From Desulfuromusa sp. (GTDB lineage: Bacteria; Desulfobacterota; Desulfuromonadia; Desulfuromonadales; Geopsychrobacteraceae), in NCBI GenBank assembly GCA_045047095.1, contig JASFYS010000046.1, positions 1 to 60,211 on the forward strand: a DNA stretch of 60,211 nt. Reading direction: 5' to 3'. The translations under genes and the position numbers were made by a program. This document shows, in pieces, positions 10,272-20,754 of this stretch. The notes beneath the pieces were generated by a model. It had not been told where the DNA came from and searched no databases. It saw only the letters and a program-made list of their open reading frames with translations. The first letter of the stretch is position 1; every line of letters begins with the position of its first letter.

Positions 10272-11356
10272 AATAATTCCCGATATGTCGCCAAGGTGCG
10301 TTCAACCATGGTAGTAAGACTGTACTCTGGATTTAAATTCTCTCGAAGGTTGACAAAGTCACCACGACTGACAAGCCGAATTTTCTCAGCAAGATCAAGA
10401 TAGTTCTGCGTATTAATCAAATAACCATTCACTCCATCTTCTACCAGATTGGTCAAACCCTCATATGTTGTAGCGATCACAGGCGTATCCATAGCAAAGG
10501 ATTCAACAATAGTTCGGCCGATATTGCCCATCTTTAGTGACGCATTAACCAAAACATCACTCAAAAAATAAATTTCTGCGATCTGATTCTGACTTCCGGC
10601 AAATACAATCCGGTCTTCAATATCATTTTCTTTTGCCAGAGTTTTCAAACTTTCCAAATAAGCGAGTTTATCCTCTCGTGCACCGCCAACAATTATTCCC
10701 ATAATCGTCGGGATATATTTTTTCAGATGCGCTATTGCCCGAATGAATGTTTCATAATCTTTAAGCCAGGTAATTCTACCCACACTTGCAACAATAAAAC
10801 AGTTCTCTAGAGAATATTTATGCTTAAACTCTGCAATAAATTCTGTGTCAATATTGCGTGAATCGAACTTATTCAGATCCACACCTCGCTGAATCACCCT
10901 GATTTTACTATCAGGAACGGCATAATTCAGAACAATATAATCTCTGACAACCTCACTGACCGTGATAACTCTGTCGCCACGGGTCATTATTTTGCTATAT
11001 TTATTGACTCTGTTCAAACCATGGACAGTGGTCACAAAAGGGATTTTCAGCTTCTTGTTTGCCAGATAAGTCAACCAGGCCGGCACCCGACTCCGGGCAT
11101 GAAGAACATCCGGGGAAATCTTCTGCAACAGTTTTCTTAGTTGACGAATTCTTAATGGCGCAGTCAGTGGATTTTTACTGCAAACATCAAAAACAATATG
11201 CCGACCGCCATCCTTTTCGATCTGTTCAGCCAGCTTCCCCCCTGCACTGATGACAATACTGTCAATACCCTGTTTCACCATCTCACGGCTCAACTCTACA
11301 GTCCCCCGCTCAACTCCTCCTTCATTCAACTCAGGTAATAATTGAACAATCTTCAC
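10268..11356 (-). CDS. Glycosyltransferase family 4
   Basis: LPELNEGGVERGT, HARSRVPAW, VGRITWLKD. Confidence 0.85.
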   Translation of the reverse strand: MKIVQLLPELNEGGVERGTVELSREMVKQGIDSIVISAGGKLAEQIEKDGGRHIVFDVCSKNPLTAPLRIRQLRKLLQKISPDVLHARSRVPAWLTYLANKKLKIPFVTTVHGLNRVNKYSKIMTRGDRVITVSEVVRDYIVLNYAVPDSKIRVIQRGVDLNKFDSRNIDTEFIAEFKHKYSLENCFIVASVGRITWLKDYETFIRAIAHLKKYIPTIMGIIVGGAREDKLAYLESLKTLAKENDIEDRIVFAGSQNQIAEIYFLSDVLVNASLKMGNIGRTIVESFAMDTPVIATTYEGLTNLVEDGVNGYLINTQNYLDLAEKIRLVSRGDFVNLRENLNPEYSLTTMVERTLATYRELL

Positions 11357-12294
11357 AACCGCACTCCATTTAACATCCCAGCCAGATTAATTTTTTCAGC
11401 AGCACGACCAACCTGACCGTTGCATAGATGGAGACAATTTTTCTCAGATAATAACTTTAGTAATTTATTAAATTTACTCCCCTTTGGCAGCTTGTTATCA
11501 AAAGGCAGCACTTCAACGCAGCTATGGCCAAAACTGACGGCTTCACTGAGCATCGAACTTGAATCAGCGGTCAGAAAAACATAATCACTGTGCTGCAGGT
11601 AGTCAGGGATAGGATTTATTGGTTCCTGTGAATAATAAACCGACCGTTCAAACTGAAATTCCCGTAACATTTTTTCGACATCTTTCGGAGTCCGTCTGGA
11701 GGTTGTCATCCAGACTCTATGCTCGGGAAACAGTTCATAAATTTTCGATATTTGCTGTTTTAACTTATCCGCTTTCATTCGAGACTGTTGGCTGTCACCG
11801 CCGATGATCAATGCAATGTATTTTTGTCCACCCTGTGGCTTTACAAGCCCCTGAGGGTCAACATAGGTCAAATTGATCGGCAGGCTGATAACGTTGTCAA
11901 GTACTGGCGGATCATCATGCTGTTGTGCGATAATCAAATCAAAATTCAGCCGATAGCCTTTTGGCAGCATGATAGCGACGGATTTACAAGCTAAGCGCTT
12001 TGCCACTGTCCTGTTCGCATAATAAGTCCCAGATCCGGCGGAAACAACCGCAGTGTAATTCCCCGGTATAATTTCAATCTTGAATAAAGCATCAGAGTAG
12101 AATCCCAGCCGATCCAGCAAATACGATAGCGCCTTTGCTCCGCGATACTTAAAATCGACCTGGATTAAATCGTAGTCGTAGCCAAGATGCTTTGCAAAAG
12201 CAATCGATTGATTGACATGGCCAGGCTTCCCATCACTTAAAATCAGTAGTCGTTTGGCTTTCACAGTAACAAGCTCAGTAGGTTTCAGCTTCAT
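11353..12294 (-). CDS. ELM1/GtrOC1-family putative glycosyltransferase
   Basis: LSDGKPGHVNQS, TTSRRTP, TADSSSMLSEA. Alternative GTG start at 12264. Confidence 0.75.
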   Translation of the reverse strand: MKLKPTELVTVKAKRLLILSDGKPGHVNQSIAFAKHLGYDYDLIQVDFKYRGAKALSYLLDRLGFYSDALFKIEIIPGNYTAVVSAGSGTYYANRTVAKRLACKSVAIMLPKGYRLNFDLIIAQQHDDPPVLDNVISLPINLTYVDPQGLVKPQGGQKYIALIIGGDSQQSRMKADKLKQQISKIYELFPEHRVWMTTSRRTPKDVEKMLREFQFERSVYYSQEPINPIPDYLQHSDYVFLTADSSSMLSEAVSFGHSCVEVLPFDNKLPKGSKFNKLLKLLSEKNCLHLCNGQVGRAAEKINLAGMLNGVRL

Positions 12295-12442
12295 CAATCA
12301 GCATAACTGGAATATCATCACGGATCGGATAACGCAATCGACAATTTACACAGAGGATAGTAGCGCCGTCATCGGCAAGCGCTACAGTCTGTTTACACTT
12401 GGGGCAAGCAAGGATTTCCAGTAATTCAGAACTTACAGACAT
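12275..12442 (-). CDS. Trm112/YcaR (UPF0434) family small protein, 55 aa
   Basis: Not in the ORF track. Reads MSVSSELLEILACPKCKQ...CVNCRLRYPIRDDIPVMLIDEAETY, in the usual position after lpxK. Confidence 0.9.
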   Translation of the reverse strand: MSVSSELLEILACPKCKQTVALADDGATILCVNCRLRYPIRDDIPVMLIDEAETY

Positions 12443-12445
12443 TTA

Positions 12446-13510
12446 TTAACTCCATAAACGCTTCGTTATGCTTGCAATCAATTCAGTTGAATTATCAATA
12501 ATGATATCCATAGCAATTTGATAACAGGGCAATTCAAACATATCAGCTGAAAGTTTGACAGCATCTTTTTCCGTCGTGATCAATGCATCAACATTGACCG
12601 ACGCAGCACATATTTGTTCCAGCGTTACATTTTGATATTCAGTGTGATCAGCAAATGACAATTTCTTTGACAGCAATAACCCAATATTTTCTAGAGAAAC
12701 AAAAAAGCTTTCAGGATCAGCAATCCCGGCAAACGCCAACAAGTTAAGATTTTTGAGTTGATTGACGGGAACCTTATGCCCATCGAGACTGACGGCAATA
12801 TCGGCCAATTGGTGGTGGCTATTATAGGACTGATAATTTTCAAACCCCGAATATGAGTGACCTCCAGATCGGGTCAGCAGCAGAAAATCAGCGCGCTTCA
12901 AGGCTTGCGGAAATTCACGGAGATTTCCGGCAGGAAGCGTCCATCCGTTTCCAAGGGGTCGAGTCGCATCAAGCAAAACCAGATCAACATTGCGGTTGAC
13001 GGCTCGATGTTGAAACCCATCATCCAGAATTATAAGGTCAGCGTTTTTTGATTGTTCCAGAACTTTAATAGCGTTGCTGCGTTTTTTAGCAATCAATACC
13101 GAACAATCTGGATTTCTTTTTGCCAGAAGATAAGGTTCATCGCCACATTCTGCAGCGGTCATCAAAATTCCGCCTCCAGAGGAGACGATACCGACATCAC
13201 CTGCAAAGCTTCCAGCATATCCGCGGCTGATTATTGCAGGATGCTTGCCCTGTTTGTGGAACTCTTTTATCAGCCAGTCAACGACGGGGGTTTTTCCCGT
13301 ACCGCCAACAGCTAGATTGCCCACGGAAACCACAGGAAGAAACGATTGATACACAGAGAACAAGCCATAATCGTAACAGAGATTACGGAACCAACTGATG
13401 CTCCCATAAAGAATCGATAATGGAAGAAGCAGAAGTAAAAGCAACCATTCCCATAGATTTTTAGCACCCCGGGTTACCAGGGAACGATGGAAAGCGGCTA
13501 GATTTTTCAT
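12446..13510 (-). CDS. lpxK: Tetraacyldisaccharide 4'-kinase
   Basis: VGNLAVGGTGKTP, GDEP, LDDGFQH, TTEKDAVK. Confidence 0.95.
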   Translation of the reverse strand: MKNLAAFHRSLVTRGAKNLWEWLLLLLLLPLSILYGSISWFRNLCYDYGLFSVYQSFLPVVSVGNLAVGGTGKTPVVDWLIKEFHKQGKHPAIISRGYAGSFAGDVGIVSSGGGILMTAAECGDEPYLLAKRNPDCSVLIAKKRSNAIKVLEQSKNADLIILDDGFQHRAVNRNVDLVLLDATRPLGNGWTLPAGNLREFPQALKRADFLLLTRSGGHSYSGFENYQSYNSHHQLADIAVSLDGHKVPVNQLKNLNLLAFAGIADPESFFVSLENIGLLLSKKLSFADHTEYQNVTLEQICAASVNVDALITTEKDAVKLSADMFELPCYQIAMDIIIDNSTELIASITKRLWS

Positions 13511-14802
13511 TTTAAAGCTTTAGAGATATGCCGCATGGTGCGCTCGGTTGTCCCGGCATTTTCTGCAATTAAAGAACTGCCTGCCTGCCCCATAGCACGA
13601 CAACGAGCAGGATCATTAAACATAATGATACCTTGTCGCACTAACTCATGTTGATTCGCAACCTTCACTCCGGCACCGGCACGGATTAATTTTGCAGAAA
13701 TTTCTTTAAAGTTATGGATATGTGGCCCGAAAAGGACAGGTTTCTGGAGCAATGCAGCTTCTAGCAGATTATGGCCACCGATGGGAACAAGACTTCCACC
13801 TACAAAAACCAGATCAGCAACGCTGTAAAAATCAAGAACCTCGCCCAGAGTATCAACAAGCAGAACATCTCCGGGAGAAAGTAACTCGTCTCCTTCCTGC
13901 AAAGAACTCCGCAGTCGATACTTGAATCCCGATTCTTTCAGCAAAGACTGAACCTCACGCTTACGCTCCGGATGACGTGGAATAAGAACCAGGATCAAAT
14001 CCCGATCTATCTGCGCTGATATTTTTTTATAAGCCTCAAGTAACTGTTTCTCTTCGCCATCGTGGGTACTTCCAGCCACCAGAATTGCAACCTGATCTGG
14101 CAATATATAGTGTTTTTTCTTTTGTTGAACCTGTTCATAGGTTACTTCTTTCAGATCGTGATCAAACTTAAGGTTGCCGGTATTTTCCACCCGTCCATCG
14201 GGAGCACCAAGAGCCATGATCCGTTCAGCATCGGTCTGAGATTGCATGCAGAAAGCAGAAAACCGATCCAGAATTGGTCGCAACAGAAAACGGGCTAGAC
14301 GATAACGTGGAAAAGAACGGTCTGAAATACGCCCATTGACCAGAATCAATGGAATCTCAAGTTGATGCGCTTGCCGGGTAAAATTTGGCCAGATTTCTGT
14401 TTCAACAATGATAATCAATTCGGGATGAACCGTATTGAGGGCTTTGCGCACCGCCCAGGAAAAATCAAAGGGGAAGAACAGACAAAGATCAATTTCTTTG
14501 TCTTCCAAGGCGATTGCATGCCCTGTTTCAGTCACATTGCTCACAAGGATTTGTAAATCGGGATATTTTAAACGAATTTGTTTGATCAGGGGCATTGCTG
14601 CCCGAGTTTCGCCAACGGAAACCGCGTGGATCCAGATCGTTTTTTTTGCTCGCAGTAAGCTCAATTGTCGCGGGGAATAATAACCTAAACGTTCCCTGAT
14701 ACCACGACGGCTTTTTCCATAACGTATTCCACGCAGTAAATAATACGGCACCAGAAAAAGCGCTGAAAGCACCAACAACAAATTATATAGCAGATACACC
14801 AC
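13507..14802 (-). CDS. waaA: Kdo transferase
   Basis: WIHAVSVGE, ETEIWPN, PRHPER, GGHNLLEAA. Confidence 0.95.
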   Translation of the reverse strand: MVYLLYNLLLVLSALFLVPYYLLRGIRYGKSRRGIRERLGYYSPRQLSLLRAKKTIWIHAVSVGETRAAMPLIKQIRLKYPDLQILVSNVTETGHAIALEDKEIDLCLFFPFDFSWAVRKALNTVHPELIIIVETEIWPNFTRQAHQLEIPLILVNGRISDRSFPRYRLARFLLRPILDRFSAFCMQSQTDAERIMALGAPDGRVENTGNLKFDHDLKEVTYEQVQQKKKHYILPDQVAILVAGSTHDGEEKQLLEAYKKISAQIDRDLILVLIPRHPERKREVQSLLKESGFKYRLRSSLQEGDELLSPGDVLLVDTLGEVLDFYSVADLVFVGGSLVPIGGHNLLEAALLQKPVLFGPHIHNFKEISAKLIRAGAGVKVANQHELVRQGIIMFNDPARCRAMGQAGSSLIAENAGTTERTMRHISKALK

Positions 14803-15448
14803 ATGACTCCAAACGAGCTTCAGCCAGTTGCTGGTTATCTTTCATTGCTTTTTTCAATCGCTCACGAAACCTATCCACACCCTCTTTTTTGTCAAAGTAT
14901 ATTGGCGCTCCAAAAGAGTAGACTCCACGTGAAAACGGATAAGGGAACAAAAAACGATCCCAGGATTGAAACCGGTGGCCACGACTACAAACAAAAGCCA
15001 ACGGCATAACGGGACGACCGCTCATCCGCGCCAACTGAACAACGCCATCCTTTAATTCATGACGTGGACCCTTGGGACCATCAGGGGTTAGAACAATATC
15101 TGCTTTTTCCCGGCAAAGATCCAACATTTCCTTAAAAGCGGCTCTCCCGCCTCGGGAAGAGGATCCCCGAACGGTATCCTGATCGAAATATTTCATCGTC
15201 CGCGCAAGCAGCTCTCCATCTTTTGAAGAGCTGATCAATAACTTTGCATGTTTTCCGGGATAACCAAAAACTAATAAAAATAACTGATCGTGCCAAAATG
15301 GAATAATGACGTGCTCACCCCGCTCCCAGACACTGTGAAGCTGATCCACTCCAATGATTTCTTTTCTTATCGATAAATTCAGGATACGCATCACCAATGA
15401 CGCAATGATCGGAACAAATTTCAACAGCAGACGATCACCAATTTTCAT
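14783..15448 (-). CDS. DUF374 / lysophospholipid acyltransferase family protein
   Basis: FWHDQL, SKDGEL, RGSSSRGG, TPDGPKGP, SWDRF. Confidence 0.8.
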   Translation of the reverse strand: MKIGDRLLLKFVPIIASLVMRILNLSIRKEIIGVDQLHSVWERGEHVIIPFWHDQLFLLVFGYPGKHAKLLISSSKDGELLARTMKYFDQDTVRGSSSRGGRAAFKEMLDLCREKADIVLTPDGPKGPRHELKDGVVQLARMSGRPVMPLAFVCSRGHRFQSWDRFLFPYPFSRGVYSFGAPIYFDKKEGVDRFRERLKKAMKDNQQLAEARLESCGVSAI

Positions 15449-17193
15449 CAAGAGTGATCCTCAAATTGTTTGTCATAAAGGCGCTTATACAGACCATTTT
15501 GCTGCAGTAATTCTTTATGACTTCCCGACTCAACAATCTCTCCTTTATCAAGAACCAGAATCCGGTCTGCATGCATAATTGTGGAAAGACGGTGAGCAAT
15601 AACAAAAGTGGTACGGTTAGCCATCAGATTTCCCAATGCCTGTTGAACCATGGCTTCACTTTCGGTATCCAGAGCGCTGGTCGCTTCATCCAGCAAAAGA
15701 ATTGGAGCATCTCGCAAAATCGCCCGGGCAATACAGATCCTCTGCCGTTGCCCTCCGGATAAGCGCACCCCACGATCGCCAACCAAGGTTTCATAACCAT
15801 CAGGAAGTTGACTGATGAATTCATCGGCATAAGCCTGACGTGCTGCAACCTCTACCGCGCTGAAATTAGCATCAGGTCGCCCATAACGAATATTGTTCAT
15901 GAGGGTGTCGTTAAACAGAAAGGTCTCCTGGTCAACCAAAGCCAGATTATCATGCAAACTTTTTTTGGTCAGGCTGCGGATATCCTTGCCATCAATCAAA
16001 ATCTGCCCCTGTTGTGGATCATAGAAACGATTTAACAACCCAATAAAGGTGCTTTTTCCGGCCCCGCTTGGCCCGACCAGAGCAACAACTTCTCCGGGTT
16101 TTGCAACGACAGAGAAATTACGTAAAACCAGATCATCGTCATAAGCAAAATCGACATTGTCAAAGCTGACATATCCCTGGCTACGAGGTAAATCAACAGC
16201 ATCTGGGGCATCAACAATCTCAGCTTGGTTATCCAGTACTTCAAAAACACGCTCAGCAGCACCGATAGCCTGCTGGATCACGTTATTGACCCGTGTCAAA
16301 CGTTTAAGCGGCGTGTACATTAACAAGATAGCCGTAAGAATAGAAAACAGTTCGCCTTTTGTCAGCGCTTCAGTTGCAACCCGATTCAGGCCATACCAAA
16401 GGACAGCTGCAACTCCAAACGAAGTCAATAACTCCATAATTGGTGAAGATGCCGCCGAATATTTAAAAGTCTTGCGGATAAACTTCAAAAACCCGGCATT
16501 TTCCCGAATAAATTTTTGCTCTTCCTGCTCTTCTGTGGCGAAAGCCTTAATGACCTTAATTCCGGAAAAGCTCTGTTCCAGGACAGCGGTAATCGTTCCC
16601 ATTGCTTCCTGACCTCTGCGGGAGAATTTTTTTATTTTTTTACCAATTGCCGCTGCCGGCCAGGAGGATGCCGGAATGACAATAAAGGCCATCGACGCCA
16701 TCTTCCAATCAGCATAAAATGCATAAGCGGTCAACGCCGTCAAGGTCAGAGTTTCTCGTAATAAAATCACCAGAACATCTGCGAACGCTGCCTGCATCAC
16801 ATTAATATCATTAAGAATTTTTGACATCAATGACCCCGAAGAGTTGTTGGTGAAGAAACGCGCTGATAATTTTATTGCATGACCGAAAACTTCATTGCGG
16901 ATATCCTGAATCGCATATTGCCCGGCACTGCGGATATTGTATTCCTGAATATAACGAGAGATGCCTTTGAATGCTGCCATGCCAACCACCAGAAATGGAA
17001 TCAACTTTACCAGTTTCAGGTTCCCAGCAATAATCAAATCATCAACAAATGGTTTAACCAGATAAGCGATAGCCGCATCTGATCCGGCAACCCCGAGTGA
17101 GGCAACCATTGACAGAGCAATAATCCATTTATAAGGAGCTGCATATTGGGCTATTCTAAAATAGATATTCTTTTGTTTATCGGTTAACAACAC
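15448..17193 (-). CDS. msbA: Lipid A export ABC transporter (TMD+NBD)
   Basis: GPSGAGKS, LSGGQRQRI, LDEATSALD; lies between lpxB and waaA. Confidence 0.9.
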   Translation of the reverse strand: MLLTDKQKNIYFRIAQYAAPYKWIIALSMVASLGVAGSDAAIAYLVKPFVDDLIIAGNLKLVKLIPFLVVGMAAFKGISRYIQEYNIRSAGQYAIQDIRNEVFGHAIKLSARFFTNNSSGSLMSKILNDINVMQAAFADVLVILLRETLTLTALTAYAFYADWKMASMAFIVIPASSWPAAAIGKKIKKFSRRGQEAMGTITAVLEQSFSGIKVIKAFATEEQEEQKFIRENAGFLKFIRKTFKYSAASSPIMELLTSFGVAAVLWYGLNRVATEALTKGELFSILTAILLMYTPLKRLTRVNNVIQQAIGAAERVFEVLDNQAEIVDAPDAVDLPRSQGYVSFDNVDFAYDDDLVLRNFSVVAKPGEVVALVGPSGAGKSTFIGLLNRFYDPQQGQILIDGKDIRSLTKKSLHDNLALVDQETFLFNDTLMNNIRYGRPDANFSAVEVAARQAYADEFISQLPDGYETLVGDRGVRLSGGQRQRICIARAILRDAPILLLDEATSALDTESEAMVQQALGNLMANRTTFVIAHRLSTIMHADRILVLDKGEIVESGSHKELLQQNGLYKRLYDKQFEDHS

Positions 17194-17214
17194 AAATAGC
17201 CCATTCCTTCAAAT

Positions 17215-18372
17215 CTAAGCTGCCATTTCCGCAGCAATCTCAGCGACCCGCACTGAGCAACCTGGCTCACCCAACAACTGTCGCACTTCTGTCAGATCTT
17301 GGCACATCGTTGCAATATATTTTTGATCATCAAGAAGGCGTAAAACTTCATGGCACATCGAGATCGGTTCTGCAGCATCCTGAATGAATTCCCGAACAAT
17401 CCCGCGCCCGGCCACGATATTAGTCAATCCGGCATATTCAATTTTAATCAACCGTTTACCGATAGCGTAACTTAAAGGTGCGACCTTGTATAAAATTGCC
17501 ATCGGTGTTCCGACCAAAGCAAGCTGTAACGTGACTGTTCCTGATACAGTAAGAACTGCATTGCAAGCAGCTGCAACTTCGTAAATATTTTCTTCGACAA
17601 TAAAAATCGGCAGGCCTGTTCCTGAGAATCTCTTTTCGATAGCACCTCGTGACAATGATGGGGCAACCGGCAATAAAAATTTGGCATCGGGCTTTTCATG
17701 ATGTAACAGTTCGACAGTTTCCACTAAGGTCTCTAGAATATGAGTCAACTCACTATTTCGGCTGCCGGGGAAAATACCAATAACCTGCGTATCTATCTCG
17801 ATTCCAAGGCTGTCTCGCAGCATCCCTTGTGGTTGGTTTTCCATAAACTCATCCAGTAGCGGATTACCAACATACTCAGCTTTCACGCCCAGAGATTCAT
17901 AGATTTGTGGTTCAAAAGGAAAAATCAATGCCAAGCGGTCAACCCGCTCAGCAATAACCTTTGCCCGGCCACTACGCCAAGCCCAGACTTTAGGACTGAT
18001 ATAATATAGAACAGGCACACCAGCAGCTTTTGCAACTTTAGCCAGGCGCAGGTTGAAATCAGGAAAATCAATTAAAATAAGCAGGTCGGGGCGCTCAGAA
18101 CTCATAAGTACACGCTTGAGTTGTCTGAAATGGCGATAAATTTGTGGCAACTGTCTGACGACTTCAACGACTCCCATAACTGACAATTCATCAGAAGGAA
18201 AAATAATTCGACAGCCCGCAACCTGCATCTTGGCTCCACCGACACCAAAAAAATTTAATTGCGAATGATATTCGGCAGCAGCCTTAATCAGATTGCTACC
18301 GTGCAGATCACCTGAAGCTTCACCTGCTACTATCATCACGTTACGGGATTGTTCAGCGTCAGAGTGCGACAT
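17215..18372 (-). CDS. lpxB: Lipid-A-disaccharide synthase
   Basis: AGEASGDLHG, IDFPDFN, SPKVWAWR, PGSR. Confidence 0.95.
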   Translation of the reverse strand: MSHSDAEQSRNVMIVAGEASGDLHGSNLIKAAAEYHSQLNFFGVGGAKMQVAGCRIIFPSDELSVMGVVEVVRQLPQIYRHFRQLKRVLMSSERPDLLILIDFPDFNLRLAKVAKAAGVPVLYYISPKVWAWRSGRAKVIAERVDRLALIFPFEPQIYESLGVKAEYVGNPLLDEFMENQPQGMLRDSLGIEIDTQVIGIFPGSRNSELTHILETLVETVELLHHEKPDAKFLLPVAPSLSRGAIEKRFSGTGLPIFIVEENIYEVAAACNAVLTVSGTVTLQLALVGTPMAILYKVAPLSYAIGKRLIKIEYAGLTNIVAGRGIVREFIQDAAEPISMCHEVLRLLDDQKYIATMCQDLTEVRQLLGEPGCSVRVAEIAAEMAA

Positions 18373-18388
18373 GAAAGTTCCAGATCCC

Positions 18389-18421
18389 AAAAACAAAAGG
18401 CGAGAACCTTACGGGTCTCGC
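18389..18421 (-). terminator. Terminator-like hairpin between lpxA and lpxB
   Basis: Minus strand GCGAGACCC-GTAA-GGTTCTCGC followed by CTTTTGTTTTT. Confidence 0.55.
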
Positions 18422-18455
18422 AACTTTTGCTGAATGAAAATAAACAGAATTCCAG

Positions 18456-19229
18456 CTAACGTGCCAGCCCACGCTCACTCTTTTTCAAAAATTCAAGGTA
18501 AGTGGCTACCTCTGAAGCAGAGGGATTAAACTGCTCTTCTATTTTGCCGATGGCTTCATCAAGTTTTAAGTTTGAGCGGAATACCAACTTGTACATACTT
18601 TTAATATTTGCCAATGCCTCACGACTGAAGCCGCGCCGCTTTAAACCGGTCAGATTCAAACCAACCACTTTGGCCCGATCCCCTTGGACAATTGCATAAG
18701 GAGCCACATCCTGACCAATCATCGAACCACCGCTAGCCATCACGTGGCAACCAATACGAGCAAACTGGTGAACCGCACTCAACCCGCCGAGGATTGCGTA
18801 ATCACCCACCTCAACATGGCCAGCCAAGGTAGCAGCATTTGCAAGAATCACATAGTCCTTGATAATACAGTCATGAGCCACATGCGCATAGGCCATGAAA
18901 AGGTTATCATTTCCAATCGTTGTGACACCACCACCATCATCCGTACCCAGATGGATGGTCACAAATTCACGAATCCGGTTACGATCCCCGATTTTAAGAT
19001 ATGAAACCTCTCCAGCAAATTTTAGATCCTGAGGAATCGCACCTATCGACGCAAACTGAAAAATCTGGTTATCACAACCAATTTCGGTGTGCCCCTCAAT
19101 AACAGTATGGGGTCCAACAGTTGTCCCAGAGCCAATTTTAACATGCTCACCGATAACCGCATAGGGACCGATCGTTACCGAAGGGTCGAGTTCTGCACCT
19201 GATGCAATAATCGCTGTTGAATGGATCAT
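18456..19229 (-). CDS. lpxA: UDP-N-acetylglucosamine acyltransferase
   Basis: PQDLKF, IREFVTIH, HVAHDC, VHQF; hexapeptide repeats. Confidence 0.95.
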   Translation of the reverse strand: MIHSTAIIASGAELDPSVTIGPYAVIGEHVKIGSGTTVGPHTVIEGHTEIGCDNQIFQFASIGAIPQDLKFAGEVSYLKIGDRNRIREFVTIHLGTDDGGGVTTIGNDNLFMAYAHVAHDCIIKDYVILANAATLAGHVEVGDYAILGGLSAVHQFARIGCHVMASGGSMIGQDVAPYAIVQGDRAKVVGLNLTGLKRRGFSREALANIKSMYKLVFRSNLKLDEAIGKIEEQFNPSASEVATYLEFLKKSERGLAR

Positions 19230-19241
19230 AGTTTCTCCATT

Positions 19242-19679
19242 TTACTTATCTGCAAAAGTTGCCATCAGGTTCGCTTCAGCAACCAGTGTATCTTCAACAT
19301 AGGCTTTGCCATTAAATTGATATATCCCTCGCCGCCTGGAAAGCAGCTCAACTTCCATTCGCAGAACATCACCTGGCAGAACCGGTTTGCGGAAACGGGC
19401 TTTATCAATACCAACAAAATAGGTCAACTGGTTATCTCCAATTTTATCAATAACCGTCACATAGGCACCTCCAACCTGTGCCATTGCCTCAACAATCAAA
19501 ACTCCTGGCATGGTTGGATGTTCAGGGAAGTGCCCCTGAAAAAATGGCTCATTAATGGTTACATTTTTATAGCCGAACACCTTAACACCTTCTTCAACCT
19601 CTTCGATTCGATCAATCAGAAGAAAAGGGTAACGGTGCGGTAAAATTTTCATAATTTGTTGCACATTTAATACAAGCAC
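19242..19679 (-). CDS. fabZ: 3-hydroxyacyl-ACP dehydratase
   Basis: LPHRYPFLLIDR, FQGHFP, MPGVLIVEAMAQ. Confidence 0.95.
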   Translation of the reverse strand: MLVLNVQQIMKILPHRYPFLLIDRIEEVEEGVKVFGYKNVTINEPFFQGHFPEHPTMPGVLIVEAMAQVGGAYVTVIDKIGDNQLTYFVGIDKARFRKPVLPGDVLRMEVELLSRRRGIYQFNGKAYVEDTLVAEANLMATFADK

Positions 19680-19680
19680 A

Positions 19681-20712
19681 TCAGTTCTCCTTCAACAATG
19701 TCTCAAGTTCATCCAAACGCTTTTTCATTTGTTGCATTTCCTTGCGCATTTCCGGAAGCTTAGACAATGTCATTGTCGACCGAAGCCACTGCTTATGAGG
19801 CATCAAAGGCAAACCCGATAAAACTTGGTTCGCAGCCACATTTCCAGTTGCGCCGCCCCGCCCTCCAATCATAACATTGTCCCCAACCTGCAAATGCCCA
19901 GCTATCGCAAACTGACCCCCAAAAGTGCAGTGATTACCAATTTTTGAACTCCCGGCAATCCCGCCCTGGGATACCAGAATACAATCTTCACCGACGTCTA
20001 CGTTGTGACCAATTTGTACCAAGTTATCTATTTTTGTCCCGCGGCGAATCCGGGTTTCACCAAGAGCTGCACGATCAACACAGCTGTTAGCCCCTATTTC
20101 AACATCTTCCTCAAGGATAACAATCCCGACCTGCGGAATTTTATAATATCCTGATCCATCGGGAGCAAAACCAAAGCCATCAGAACCAATAATTGCCGCC
20201 GGCTGCAGAATGACTCGATTGTGTAAACGGCAACCTTCACGCACCACTGAGTTGGCATGTAAGATACAATCTTTACCAATTGTGACATCAGCGTAAACAG
20301 CAACACCGGGATAAAGGGTTGTTCCAGCTCCAACTTTCACCCGCTCTCCCACGACACAGCCGGGATAAACTGTCGCCAATGCATCAATTTCAGCAGATTC
20401 AGCCACAAAAGCACCTGACATAACACCCTTAACCGGTCGCGCTGATCCCTGCAGAAACGTTAGAATTTTTGCAAACGCCAGATACGGGTCGGCACAGATA
20501 ATCAGACTTACCCCTGGAACATCAACCCCAGGAGCAAGAATCACTGCTGATGCCTGACAATCTTTTAGCTTTGCCAGATATTTAGGGTTAGCGACAAAAG
20601 TAATATCGCCTGCCTGTGCTTGATCAATGGGCGCAACCTGAAGGATGTCGAGTTCCGCGTCACCACGAATCTCACCACCAACCAAATCAGCTAATTGTTG
20701 TAATTTTGCCAT
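19681..20712 (-). CDS. lpxD: UDP-3-O-acylglucosamine N-acyltransferase
   Basis: GSDGFGF, KIPQVG, KIDNLVQIGHN. Confidence 0.95.
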   Translation of the reverse strand: MAKLQQLADLVGGEIRGDAELDILQVAPIDQAQAGDITFVANPKYLAKLKDCQASAVILAPGVDVPGVSLIICADPYLAFAKILTFLQGSARPVKGVMSGAFVAESAEIDALATVYPGCVVGERVKVGAGTTLYPGVAVYADVTIGKDCILHANSVVREGCRLHNRVILQPAAIIGSDGFGFAPDGSGYYKIPQVGIVILEEDVEIGANSCVDRAALGETRIRRGTKIDNLVQIGHNVDVGEDCILVSQGGIAGSSKIGNHCTFGGQFAIAGHLQVGDNVMIGGRGGATGNVAANQVLSGLPLMPHKQWLRSTMTLSKLPEMRKEMQQMKKRLDELETLLKEN

Positions 20713-20754
20713 TGTGGAATCTCTATGCTGAATACTTGTTGTTTCAATCAGGTG

